Shown in pieces: positions 51,446 through 64,000 of a DNA stretch of 64,000 bases (its first letter is position 1; the number at the start of each line of letters is the position of its first letter). The notes under the pieces are model-generated. The model was given only the letters and a program-made list of their open reading frames with translations. It was not told the origin of the DNA and made no database searches. The position numbers were made by a program, and so were the translations under genes. Origin of the DNA: Lingula anatina (taxonomy: Eukaryota > Animalia > Brachiopoda); NCBI GenBank assembly GCA_051362555.1, contig CM120640.1, positions 13,454,001 to 13,518,000 of the forward strand. Reading direction: 5' to 3'.

Positions 51446-54400
51446 AAATAGTACAAGAAAGGGCTTCAAACCGTACATAATGTTCTGACTGACAAGCGCT
51501 CTTTATTTTACTTTCTGTTTGTTATGGGAAGTTTACCAACGGTCACCACATCTCGTTTATATTATTACCGTTTACTGCAACCTGATAATTAGAACATGTT
51601 GGGCAAGGCACAACAACTCTCTCTTCGGCTTGAATCATGTCGAAATCGGTGGAACTAATTACCAGTTTGTCTCCTGAAAAAAAGATTGGTTTCTACATGT
51701 AGAAATATTGTATTATCATCATGGGACGTTGTAAACTGAAATCTGGGACTATTGGCTATCCCCTACTGACTGTGAAACAAATGTGCCAACATGACTGTAT
51801 ATACTAACCTCTTAACACTCAGTTAGGGTTTTCGTGAGTTGAATTTTTATCTTTATCTATCTTTTTAAAGAACATCATGTTAGTTATTTCTGTTTAGTAA
51901 ATGCTTACACAATATTGAGATCTACGCAGGAATTGAAAGGTATGGTGTAAAACATGGGAATTAAGTTAACAGTGTCTCCGCGAACATTTTTCAGCTGAGA
52001 CAGAATTCTCCGCCCACTTGATACCTAGTGTAGTGAGGTAGGCGAGAATACACGTGCGAACGATATAGGCCTAACAAAGTTGACAAAAAGGCCGTCTTAC
52101 CTTCTGACAAGGAGGAAACGTCATCCAAAACGTTTAATATTGTTTGCATTGTCGACAAAATAACACGAAATCGTACGTAGTTTGCCTGGTGTGCCTTAAG
52201 TTTTGTCATGTGTCTGACAGAAACAGCGCTCTCAGCAATGAAGCGGAGTGTTCCCGTGGTCATGTCCACAGGTCCAGTTGATGTATGGGTGAACCCGATC
52301 TCCGATGACAGCGTCTCTTTTGTCAAACTGGAGTCACCTGCATGTCAAATGATCCTGATAGGTAGTTGTGGGTTAATTCAAAACATACTTATTGTCGGTT
52401 TCAACTCAATATCTTCAATGATTAAATAGTATCATAAGTTATGTACTTAGATCATAGTCACAATTCGTTTTTCAATAGCTAGGACTTGTAAGTGAAAACA
52501 CTCACAAGATCATATCTCTATGCCAGCCATCAAAATGTAGACTTGTCATTGGTTTTTATTCATACTCCAGAAAAATGAACTGTGGCTATGATAAAAGTTA
52601 AAAGTTAAGTTAAATGCAATTTATACACAGAAACGGTCTAACAATTGTAAATCACGAACGTAAATGGATAAATAAACGGGTCTAAGCTAAAAACCAAAGG
52701 AGAGCAGATTGAGTAAATCATACAAGTGAACACTTACCTTTAACTGCCACCATAGCAAACGCGTTGCCATTGACAAATTCCCGGATTTTTGTGGAACCTA
52801 GAGACTCTATGGCATTATCAAACACTGTGCGATCTGATCCTAATGGCTTCCCCCGCACTGCTAGCATGACGATCGTACCATGCGGTATATCTGGGGATAG
52901 AAGTAAAACTTAAACCGGGGTGTTTAAAGGTGTAAGAAAAGGTTCACATTTTTAGTATATAGCGTACAGATAAATATATAACAAATGCTTAATTCAGTAA
53001 TTCTTACAATAAATGAGCAATGCAAGAATGGCATATTTCATTCGCCAAGTGTTGATAACAGTATTATGACCAGACAAATATATATTGCATAGAACGTTTG
53101 AATGACTTTGAGCACTTATACAAGTTTCAACACAAATTCGTTCAACACAATCCACGGCGTGTGTTATAAGACGTTATATAAATGTGTGTTACGTTAATGA
53201 AAAAAAAAACGGTACTTACTGCCGATGTCATTTGCAAGAGAGGAATATTGATTGCTCGAATACTGTCCATCGAACGTCATATTACCGTGATTGGGCTCAA
53301 ATGTATAGAGATAAACTCCAGATATGTATACATTCCATTTACCATTGACCTACATAAATGATAAATTGATGAATAGCTTTAAAGAAAGCGTGAAATTTTG
53401 CGATCAGTTCATGGTGTATAGTTTCGGGCAGGACATTTCACTTAGTGTGCACATAGTAAAGTGTTCTATTATCGTAATATGTATACCGAGCATGAGATCT
53501 AAAATGACATCAGTTTAAAAGTAAGGTCAGGCAATTTTATCGAAAGGGAAAAATTGGTACATGTGCCATTTGAAGTTCTAAAACAGTTTTATACTTATGC
53601 TAGTACTGCCCTTACATCATGATCCCATATCAGCCCGTCGTCAATGGTTGGTTTTCTGGCAGTTTGGGTGAGCACGGTCCAAGTGAAAGTATTTGCTCCA
53701 TGAATTTCCAATGTCCCATTGGTTCGAGCCCCAAGGAACTTTTGACCAAAGTTGCCGACATCGGGATAATCGTCTCTTTTTCCTATAATTGTAAAACCAA
53801 AGTACAAATAATTTGCAAATCATAGTCAATGTTTATTTGCAAATGATAAATTATTGTAAGCCTTCGCGGCGAGAGAGAGAGAGATAGTTTTCCTTTTAAA
53901 ATCGTATCTTTCCATTAAAGATTACCGGTCAGAGTTATGGTCGCCTTTCTGTGTTGTGGAAACTTGCACACAGCACTCCCTATTTCCAACTCCCCCATCT
54001 CCTCCACGAGAATATAATTAGCTCGCAGTTCATGGTCACCATTAACTCCCCAGACAAGTCGCCCTCCATTGCGTATGGTGAGGCTGAACAGAGCTGGCGG
54101 GGATACGTCCAAGAGAATCTGACGATTGTCAATTATTACGCTGGTGTTTGCCTGCGGCACCTTGAATAAAACACAGGTAAAATAGAATATTTTTGTATTC
54201 TACTATACTAAACAAATATCGCTACGATCCCAATCTATCTCTGGTCTTGGTATCGGAGACAACTTTGACGTGTTCTGGTATGGAAAAAAGGTTTGTATAA
54301 CTTTGTGGATTTTAATGTTACTAGGGGGGGGGGGTGCTGTCCATGCGGGTAGAGAAGTTTCATTTTTCACATAATCAAATTTCATTGATATCATAAATAC

Positions 54401-55177
54401 CCATGCATGAAAGCAGTTTTCTTAAGTTGTTATTATCATGTTTGTTATCAATTGTCAATTCCCAGGCAGCGGCATAGACTTTCATGGGGGCAAAAACATT
54501 GTTGCATGGTAATTTAATTTTTTTCAGCATGGACTTAAAATGGCATGTTTTTTATTAATGGATCTTAAAGGAACGTTGGATGTTACATTGTAATAGTGTG
54601 TTTTATTTTAAGGATCAACAGTAATACACCTGTAAGACCCTAGGAGTCTCCTAGGCTGTCCCTGGAGGCGGGGGATTCTAGTTTTGACATGTGCAAGCAC
54701 GCAAGTTTTTCGAAAAGTATCATATACAAGATTATTTTGATTATCCTCACTCACCAGGGTGTCATTTCCCTTTGGCATCTTGAAAGATGAGGATGAAATG
54801 ATGATATGTTTTAGTCATTTTTCGTCATTAAGTTGTAACAGTTATCATGCCTGTAAAATCTTAAGCACCCATGCAAAAAGCGATTATATACCTTATAAAT
54901 CATCTTAGTGACAAAGCTGAGTTATTTTTTGAGTTTAGCCTCAAATCGCGTTCAAATAGCGTTTCCCATTTACGCGTGCTTACATGACATCTAAAAATGT
55001 CATAATGCACAGTTTCGGCTTTTTTTGTCATCATATATCTGTCAAGATAATTATAACATTATTTCTAAGTGAACGAGACTACTGGCGGCAAAGTTGCCTG
55101 CTTGCTATCTATAACGCGTCTCTCTCTCCCTCTCCCTCTCTCTCTCTCTTTTCATGTTATTATCCGGACACTTCTGT

Positions 55178-55227
<50 letters not shown>

Positions 55228-55461
55228 GGGATCATTTTATCCCGCCATTCCATGAGTCCTTGCGTGAAAGATATTTTTATTTTGAGTCTCATACGGCTGT
55301 ATCCTCCTCACGGAGGAAAGAGCATCAACATCCAGTCTGTATCAGGGGCCAAAAAATAACCAGGCGAATGTAAACCACACAGAGACTCCTGTGGAGTACG
55401 GAATACAAGAACTGAACTTTATTTTTGATCATTAAAGAGATGGTTATATATCGACATAATT

Positions 55462-55513
<52 letters not shown>

Positions 55514-58511
55514 GGGGTATTAAACAGTTTTGTTCTCATAAACTGGTTTACGATATAGAGAAAGATGGCATATAAAGAAATGAAAAAAAATTGCTATCCG
55601 TATTTTTATGTCGGAGAATCTATTCACAAGTGTAAATTTTATAATAAACTTCTTCGTGTCACGCGTGCAGACACCTCAGTTCGTCAGCAGCCTCTCCACC
55701 AGAGGCCCCTTCTAGCTATAAGACACCTTAATAAGTAAGTACTCTATCAGATATTACAAATATGGGCGAAAGAAGCCCCTCGTCCAGTTTTGTACCAGCT
55801 AGATGGCCTCCTGGTATAGAGAGTAGGAAGGCTTACACAGACAGGATCAAGCCGCGTCTTTGTAAACTGCTATATATTTTCATTTAAAGCTTATTTGTTT
55901 TATTATTCGTTTGAAAAAAATCTGTGAAACGAAAATGCATGTAATTTATTGATAGACTTTCAAAATAGGGTGACAATATCCTTAAAATGAATGTGTGTCA
56001 CAATAAGTTTAAGTTACTGAGAATATTCAATTTAAGGATATTGTCACCATTCCCCCAAAACTCCTTATTTACTGCCTTACATACATTCTTTTTGGTAATA
56101 AATAAATCTTCAGTGCTCAGGGACTAAATTACGATTTACACATGTTCTATTAAGGGTGACATCATAATGCGATTTTGGGGTAAAAACTGAAAATCGGTTT
56201 CTCTTTCTCTTTTACTTGAGCACCCACGATCACCGTTTTAACGCCGATTTAATGACACCATTTAGTACTCCAAAACCGTGACAGCGATTTTTCTAAAGTC
56301 TTAGTTCAGATTTTATCGTTGATATAGCAAAATGATGCATTTGTTTAAGGAAAATCTGTAATTAGGGGCTCCTAACTTCATCACAAAAACATGTAAACCA
56401 AAATGGCGGCACGGGATTGTAACCTATACTCTCCTGGTCAACTCTGCCAATTTTCGTGATAAAATCTTGTTCAGGGATGAAAATGGCACCTACTGCAAAA
56501 ATTCGTAAGACTGGGTTAAAGATTTTCTACAATTCCTACGACCACTCAAATACCGACGTAGAATGATAATTGTTGCTCAATAAAAAAAAAGCCTAAAACA
56601 GTACGGAGTATATGATGGTAGTGGTAATAATGGTGGTGACAGCGGTAATTTAGATGACAAAATACGTTCAATAAATAATACTTGATGTTCCATCATGCCA
56701 ACTTACAGAGTACGTGAAAAAGCCCGCACGTGCTCAATTCAATGGTTTTATCATCTTGCACCTGGTTAACGTTTTTTTTAAGAGCGCTTACTTGAAATTC
56801 ATAACATAAATTACACTTGACAATAAAATAGCACACGTGTACAGTGTAAAATATTCATTGGGTCCTGTAGGTAAAGTCACGTTGTCAACATGACTAAGGA
56901 AGGTGATGACTAATAAAGCTAAATTGGATTGTAAGGGACTCTTTTGATACCCTTCCCGTAATCCTCAAACAGTTAACTCAAATAGTTTCAAATTTCAAGG
57001 ACGTGTTTTAAAATTATGGATGGTTGTTTAAAACAAGTTGTACCCTGAAGCCGTAGAATAGGGAAGTGGAGCATTTTAACCAATCACAGCTCGCAGGACA
57101 AAACAAACTGCATTCTAAGTTAGACCTACAGGCTTCCATGGCAATAATGGCAATGGTACTTATTGAACACATTATTGCACATCACGGCAATAGCTTCATA
57201 AACTTTGTAATTTCCTCTCAAACAATGGTGGAGTTTATCACTGATATTAGATTTATCCTGTTTGTTAATTTAATCAGTTCCAGTCATTATCCCCCAGGTC
57301 ATCTATCGATATTTATTAAATATTAATTGTTATTTAGATTGGAAATATGTCAGGTTCTTACAAATCAAATATTATTACTATTCTGAGTTGCAGGCTGAGA
57401 GAAACCGGTGTCTGTGTGTTTGGGGGGGCTGTTTAGTTCATAGTAGGAGCTCTTTTTAAAGATCCTCAAGAAATTATTTTTGTGAAATATGAAAGGGCTT
57501 CCTCCTCCCTTGCAGCCAAGGACCATGCTATTTGATGTAATGAATCTTATTTATCTCGATGTGTTAACTGTCTGATCGTGATGATAATCTCGTTATCCTT
57601 TTTAACACATTATCAATTTAAATTTCGTTGTCATCTTACGTCATTAGGAGTGTCTCTAGTTTGATTTATTTTACTACGAATAAAATTAAGGATATATGTA
57701 TAAAACAACAAACAAATAAATAAACTTACCAACAGTAACAAAATATGCTTTATTTTGCTGTAAAAATGAAATCAACGGCTTACTTCGAGTGATCCATATT
57801 CAAATATCTGCAGAGATTTTTGTGTGATCACTACCGGTGTCACTACCACTTTTTATATTTGAGAGAGAATCGAATTTATTGCCTGTCTTTACCAAGGCGA
57901 TGGAGGTTATACAACTATCAGAGTGACTACTAACTTATGATCAGAAATGCACAGTTGTTAAATATCTACTCGGCAGGACGTATATATAAACATCCCTGAT
58001 ACCAAGGAAACTGATAACAAAAATATTGTTTTTAAGCAGTAGAAATGCTATTATATATTTGGCTTCTTCTAGTTAAATATAACCCAAAGCTTTTTTTTCT
58101 GTATTTATAATTTAACGTCACTTAAGCCCCATTTACACTGGACAGCGTCCTTTCTGCGTCCCGGAGTACGACCAGAGCGAAAGAAAAAAAACACTTCAAG
58201 TGCCGACAACTGGAGGATCATTGAGCATTCACTCTGCGACCAAAGTGATGCTTTCGCTCCTTTCTACGACCACAGCGATGCCAGTTTCATGGTCGCACAA
58301 AGGTCGCAAAAAGGACGCCGTCCAGTGTAAAGTGGGTTTTAGCAAGTGCAGCGCGCTGCGGTTTATAGGATACTATCAGCAGCATACAGGCTGTTTTCCT
58401 TTCGGGTTTTAAAGGCTTGGTTTCAATTGCTACCGTACATTTCTTTTCCTTCTATTCATAGGCAAATGCTGTATCTTTTTTTCCACCAAGTTTCCTCAAG
58501 GATGCGAAAGG

Positions 58512-58559
<48 letters not shown>

Positions 58560-60652
58560 ATTGCATGCTATAAATGAGTTATTGAAATATGATGGATAAT
58601 TTTAATCTAATTTGTATATAATTTTGATTTTTTTCAGAATGGAATTGAATTTGTGGAACATTTGTTGATAGGCTAACAGAAACAGAAATGCTGCGTGAAT
58701 TGTCGGAATAGGCCTACTTCTCCTGCAATATAGGAGTGCGACACGGTAAAAACCTATCCCCTTTTCTATATTTAGTATTTTTAAGTGGCCCTGGAGATTT
58801 TTTAACGCAAAAAAGATATGACAGGATTACTGAAATTTCAATCTCGCCTTGGCGGATTTAAAATCTGACTTATATTGTACATATCTTACACGATTATAAA
58901 AAAACTAAGACGTATTTAATACCCCCAACTCCTATGGGCATGTCCGATCATCAGGAGGCATGTTTATTCAAATAGATCTTCAGCGACGACGTAACGTGTC
59001 ACCTACACTATACTGTACGTCATCTTGGGGTCTCTGTTCTTTTATTTAGTTTGTTTTGGGTTAACATGATCAAAACTTTTTCATCAAAGATATCCTAGAG
59101 GAAAGCAGCCATATTAACCACTGGAGAGCAATATAAGTATCCAGCATTTGTGAAACATTACTTCACCCACAAGCTAACTGTCTAGAGGATAATAATTACA
59201 CCCAATGGAAAGTGGTATCCAGAGGATAGCGCCATGCAGTGAAGATGAAACTGGGGCCTGATGTTTTTAAGTGCTTATCTTTTTTAAAAATGATGAATAT
59301 AACGTTTATATGCTCGTTATTCGGCAAAAAATTGTGGTGTGCTTCAAAGTTCAATAACCTGTATACGCACAACATACTCAGTTAACGTACCTTAGTACTT
59401 GCCAGTTTGAAAGTTCATCTTTCACAATCCGCCCGATAAGTAAATCATTCACTGAATACCCCCAGAAGATTAACATTTGTATGGCTGACGTTTTTTATTC
59501 GTTTTCTGGTTTTGTCACACTCACAATAGAAACATGATTGGGGGAATGGTACAGAACGACCCGCGTGACCCAGCGTTCACGTCGAAATACAGAATAACAT
59601 TAGTCACTAGTTCTGCCAAATAAATGCAGTATTGTAGAGTCACATGAAACTTTATTTCCACACCCACAGAGAGATAAATAGATAGATATTTCATTTATTC
59701 TGAATTGTGAGCAGGAATCCAAGTTTTTAAGATTAACAATATGTTTTCTTCCCACGATATCTGTTTGTCCAAATGGTTGTGGCCTTTCTGGAGTCCAATA
59801 ATAAACCTCTCCCTAATGTTTGCGGTGAGAGGACAATCATACAGAACATGTTCTCTCATATGTTCGCGCCCGTTAGTGCTCTCACAATTTTGATACGGAA
59901 CCTTTGACCAGCGACCTTTTCCACCATAAGGTCACGGGCTTCCAAACGAAATTTGTTCCTATAATTCGCACATTCTTTTTCAACGCCAAATGATGTGCAT
60001 ATATCACTTATGCTGAACATGGGATTAGTTTATGCATATAATTTAGATTATTTTACCTGAGTTTTTCATACTTACTAAGCGCGGCTTGACAATTTCCACA
60101 TAGCTACCGGTGACACCTTTATGTATACATTCGTTTTTTCATTTATGTTATAGACGCTTTAATATTAACTATATAAGCACGACAAAATGAGCAAAAATAG
60201 GCAAAAAGCGTTTATAAATAATCGGATGTTAGAGTACAGGTAATTAGTTAATAAAAAGATTTTGCATGCAATGAATCATAAACGTTCGTTAAGTACTATT
60301 TCGCCATCATCTTATCAATTAATTAATATCAATATCAATTAATTAATATTGAAAAGACAAAAAATGAAAAAAAAGTTAAGGGCATAAGAAATATTTAATT
60401 TGGATCCGTAGCCACAGGTTGGTTTCAGCTTTCAATCTTAATATGTATGCATACTCCCTGAAACAACAGTGTTAAAACTTATAAGATGAGGTATTCAACC
60501 CATACCTGATTGCTCGGCCAGGCGGTGGCATCACTCCAGGGCGTAAGGTCATCAAGCCATGGACACTGCTCGGATGACGAAGTGACGAAACGGGCGCAAG
60601 CCAGTAGAACCCACAGCCAAGAAACCTTGGGGCACGCAGAACGCTCCAACAT
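44170..60652 (-). CDS. Secreted CEMIP/TMEM2 (CEMIP2)-like G8 + GG + PbH1 protein, 23 coding exons, ~1076 aa
   Basis: Exons on -: 60506-60652 (signal peptide, CPWLDDLTPWSD), 53926-54160, 53616-53782 (G8: FGQKFLG..GTLEIHG), 53220-53349, 52738-52890 (GG/ILEI-like), 52101-52337, 51569-51673 (GDKLVISSTDFDMIQAEE), 51084-51253 (VDMRAEVALLNRN..DTFGGH), 50451-50517, 49929-50047 (YPIHYH..RCIVIHGT), 49579-49712 (GHCYYLEDG), 49354-49420 (FWLTNP.N..NNVAAGS), 48949-49077, 48397-48572, 47998-48033, 47590-47724, 46973-47159, 46080-46274 (DIDGSLTG), 45643-45866, 45168-45329, 44713-44875, 44398-44457, 44170-44202. 3231 nt, open frame. Confidence 0.92.
49817..49912. repeat. Compound (TG)n(AG)n microsatellite
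   Basis: Direct reading; intronic. Confidence 0.95.
50615..50950. mobile_element. 336-bp non-autonomous DNA transposon with TTAA TSD (Kolobok-like)
   Basis: TTAA (50611-50614), perfect 17-bp TIR AGGGATAATAACTCTTC ... GAAGAGTTATTATCCCT, TTAA (50951-50954). Confidence 0.85.
55179..55224. repeat. Poly(A) run
   Basis: Direct reading. Confidence 0.95.
55465..55511. repeat. (ATT)n microsatellite
   Basis: Direct reading. Confidence 0.95.
55690..55823. repeat. Small decayed inverted repeat (MITE-like)
   Basis: CTCTCCACCAGAGGCCCCTTCTAGCT resembles the reverse complement of AGCTAGATGGCCTCCTGGTATAGAG. Confidence 0.5.
55969..56048. repeat. Short inverted repeat (24-bp arms, 1 mismatch)
   Basis: GGTGACAATATCCTTAAAATGAAT / ATTCAATTTAAGGATATTGTCACC. 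Confidence 0.8.
58125..58338. mobile_element. MITE, same family as 27494-27689, opposite orientation
   Basis: TIRs TTTACACTGGAC / GTCCAGTGTAAA; internal CTCCTTTCTACGACCACAGCGATGCCAG. Confidence 0.85.
59790..59975 (-). mobile_element. LINE ORF2 C-terminal (Cys/His) relic
   Basis: Minus strand reads KFRLEARDLMVEK, then after a frameshift GRWSKVPYQNC...EHVLYDCPLTANIRERF, resembling the RFRxSxHxLxIETGRW...EHFLxxCP tail of CR1/L2-group elements. Confidence 0.65.
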
Positions 60653-60750
60653 CTGTAGCAATAAGTGGTATTCAGCAATGGAATTCAACTGAATGTTTGA
60701 TCTCTGGAAATACAAAGCAATTATGATCTCCGTGTCCGTCGTGCCGTCTT

Positions 60751-60761
60751 AAATATATATA
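60751..60761 (-). promoter_or_regulatory. Candidate TATA element of the CEMIP-like gene
   Basis: TATATATATTT on -, ~100 nt upstream of the ATG at 60652. Confidence 0.35.
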
Positions 60762-62434
60762 GTCATTGTGGTGACGAATATTACGGACTTATTCGTGACA
60801 GGTTAATTTGGATCTAATTTGTATATAAATAGCGTCTGGGTGTGACAGTATAAGAGACCAGCGTCAGTTTTTTTTACCAGTGCATACCATGTCACATAAT
60901 TCATTTCGTGATAAATGATCGATCGCAATCCCAGATAATAACTGACTCAAACAGCTGCCTATTTCAATTTCTTTTTTTGCTGTTTTCGCTGAAGAGGACC
61001 AATTTGTCAAAACATCATCTAAAGCCTCTCACGTTCACTGCACAAATGTTGTATGAAAATGGAAAAGGGTGCCTTGTAAGCCATTGACAATGCCCGTCTA
61101 CATATTTATAATACTTCTGATTCCTTACATGAAAGACACAATGATTGTATCATATTATCATAATAGTGCAGTATTATGATAAAAAAGGTGTACACCCAGG
61201 TCCCTCATTCACACTTAGAGTTGCAATTATGTGAGACTTTCAGACACAGATTCTTCTCTATGTCTCATGATTTGTTGGAAACTTGTTGTTTCTGCCTTGT
61301 TTCCCTGCGACTGACGTAGATGCTTTCATTTTTAAATGTTAAAATATTAACTTACATTTCACTTATTTCAGGCGAGATCCTCCTTGTATAAAATGATATT
61401 TGAAATATGTTTAGGAAACAGCACGTTGAGGATGAATGTCACTTTTATAAGATTGACTATAGCATTTGTATCCCCCTTCTTCTCCTGCGTTACTTGTTAT
61501 CCGGAAACAATTATTAAACGGAAATATACTCGATGTCAGTATTAAATTACGTTTAACTGAATCATATCTACGTCATTCAATGTCACAATAGAGCCCCGTC
61601 AGAGCAAAAGTGATCTGTGTACAATAAGGTGAGCACACAGGTGGGCTGGAGTCTCTCTGTCTCTTTTTTCGACCGAGTGCACCTGTATCTTCGCTAAATC
61701 AATACGTCCTGCGGTCCACTTTATTCCAGAGCCAATTCACTTATTTTCTGTTTTCTTTTATGAAGACGAAGTTTGTTTGAACAAAATATGGAGAAACGGT
61801 CCATGGTATAACTAAACTAATTCTCATCTTTATTTTGAATATCTCTGCGGTTTTGTTTCGCCGTAAACTCCCGGGATTGGCAGATTGTAGAGCTGCGGGA
61901 TGGTGCACAACGTACTTGCCTGAAATCCAGTTGAAGGTCAGAAATACCCGATGAAGCATATATTTACCATAAACCATCTTGAATGATACAGTGTTAGAAG
62001 AACATAATTATCATACCAGACTTTGGATCTCAGACCCGCTCGAAGCAGCACTAATTTTTATTTTCAGAAATATGTTTGTTAAATGCTCCCCAGCCCGCAT
62101 AGCACGATCAATTCCTGGAATACTAGGGGTTGGGGATGGGGCCTTACAAACGACAAAAGCCGGGCCCAAAAATATGTTCTATACTTTAAAAATGCATTAT
62201 ATTGAACTTTATTGCACGTCATTCGACCTCATCTAATTAGGAAGCGTCTGCGTTTTAAGATGATTCACTTCACTCTTATGGGAATGAAGAGAGTGGCAGG
62301 CAAGGGAAAACACACATTCCATTGGAAACCGGGATTTCCAATCATCGGTGGGTGGGGGTTAAAACCTTGAAAATTCTGAGTGTTACCGATTCCATTCCAG
62401 AAAGTGCTTTATATTTATTCATTTATCTAACTAT

Positions 62435-62469
<35 letters not shown>

Positions 62470-64000
62470 TTTGACAAAGTGTGACAAACGTCGTGTGAGT
62501 AGAGTACTGTTTACATAAAACTGAACCCGGAATTGACCTTTGCCGGTGCCCTCGACCACATAATTGTAGCTTAGCTTGATTGGCTTTAATGATTAATGAT
62601 AGTTATTTTTCATCTTTAAGGTGGTCGATTCGCATGGAGAAAGCTGATAATACTACGTTGACTTCTTTCTAGGACATATTTCGCATTTAGTCAAAGCTCA
62701 TCCAATGTTTTTTATGCTAATAAAATTCATAAACACCCATAAGAATTTGGGGGAAAATCACGTATGATAGCGGTGGAATATCAACATCTCGAAAACGCTT
62801 TCAGCATAACATGTAAGGACCTTGACTTTTAAGAGATATCACAAATAAGCTACTAAAGTAACCCTCCTAGACCAATGAATCCTTAGACCAATATTTCATG
62901 GATCTAATGGCTATTTGAAAATATGACTAAAGTCATTAGCCGGATTTGTGCCTTTAAAAATTCACTATAAAAAGAAATAGTAGTCTAGCTTTGTTTTATT
63001 CCAAACAAAAAGGAGGCAGTCTAATACACTAATTACCAAACGATCACCCCCACGATACGAACATTTTCTTACTGTCGATAAAATTCCAACGAGGTTAACG
63101 TCCTCAATTCGCAAGAAAGATAGAGATAGCATTAAAATTACTTAATTTCATCAATATTCTATAATCATTTAATTTTATTATTATTCTAAAATTACTTAAT
63201 TATGTAAAAATACTATAATTCTGTTTTTTGCATGTTTTAATAATAGGCTTTATTGTTATTCCTTTGATTGGTAGTTTACATCAGTAAGTTTTATTCAGCA
63301 CAAGTGTCTTGAAATTACTGAAAAATCTAAAAAATAGCATTCATCAAAGTTTTGAAGACAGCTAAAATGTTTAAATTTCTCCATCAATCATACTTGATAA
63401 CCATCATCCCAGCAGTTTAATTTAGAAAAAATTGCAATTCTAATCAATCTGTTATCATAAAATGATAAAGCATATTTTAACGATGTAATCTTACAGGGTA
63501 ACATTTGCCCGCAAGCAAAGGGCGGCATGAAGGCAATGCCTGGAGAAAATAATCAGTCGACATAGTTCCTACATAGGGATTCTTTAACAGTTAAAAAAAC
63601 GTTATTGGATGCAGCTGGATGGTTTCTTTTTTAAAGATACTGGCAACAAGCCATGGTCTTTAGGCCATCACTCTGTTCTGTGCTCCTCCTCCTCCCCCCC
63701 CCCCCCCCCCCAAAAAAAAAAAAATTAATTAGTTAATTAAAAAGGTGAAGATGAGGTAGTATTCTCACAGATTAATTAATAGATAAGCAAATTAACACAT
63801 AGATGATATGGCTGCAATTTTCTTTAACTTTCTTTTTCGTTCATGAATGTGTTGGTGTAAGGTAGAATTCTGTTAATTCTAGCTTTCATTTTGCAAGTAT
63901 AGGCCTACTCTTTGGTGGCAGATAGAAGAATCTGCTTTGAAATGGGATGGCTGAAAGATAAGTTAAACTCATGGGTTTAGTATTTTAGTTGCTTTAATTG

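Noticed and set aside
54984-55373. Poly-Lys ORFs (also poly-Pro/Gly ORFs at 18060-18407 and 46182-46554, and HT/CV-repeat ORFs at 49721-50045)
   Set aside because: Translations of homopolymer and microsatellite tracts.
61741-62236. ORFs at 61741-61977 (-) and 61979-62236 (+)
   Set aside because: No motifs or consistent splice sites; likely intergenic or repeat-derived.

Overview
AT-rich, intron-rich animal DNA, probably a lophotrochozoan and most likely a mollusc (inferred from a retinochrome gene and HINE-type repeats). No prokaryotic features. I reconstructed six spliced genes by hand with consistent GT-AG phases: (1) 5' part of ADAL/MAPDA on -, running off the left edge; (2) complete SLC25A46 on +, head-to-head with ADAL with only 116 bp between start codons; (3) and (5) two divergent paralogous secreted Spaetzle-like cystine-knot precursors on +, with identical exon structure, flanking (4) a retinochrome-type opsin that lacks the E/DRY motif; (6) a 23-exon secreted CEMIP/TMEM2-like gene on -. 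SLC25A46 intron 7 holds a nested TE complex (MITE > Helentron-type HINE with a ~145-bp satellite in a 435-bp higher-order repeat), a long palindrome, and a four-copy tandem duplication of the last splice acceptor. An ADAL intron holds a hairpin whose mismatches are mostly G-U on the transcribed strand. Family assignments come from remembered motifs, not database searches.
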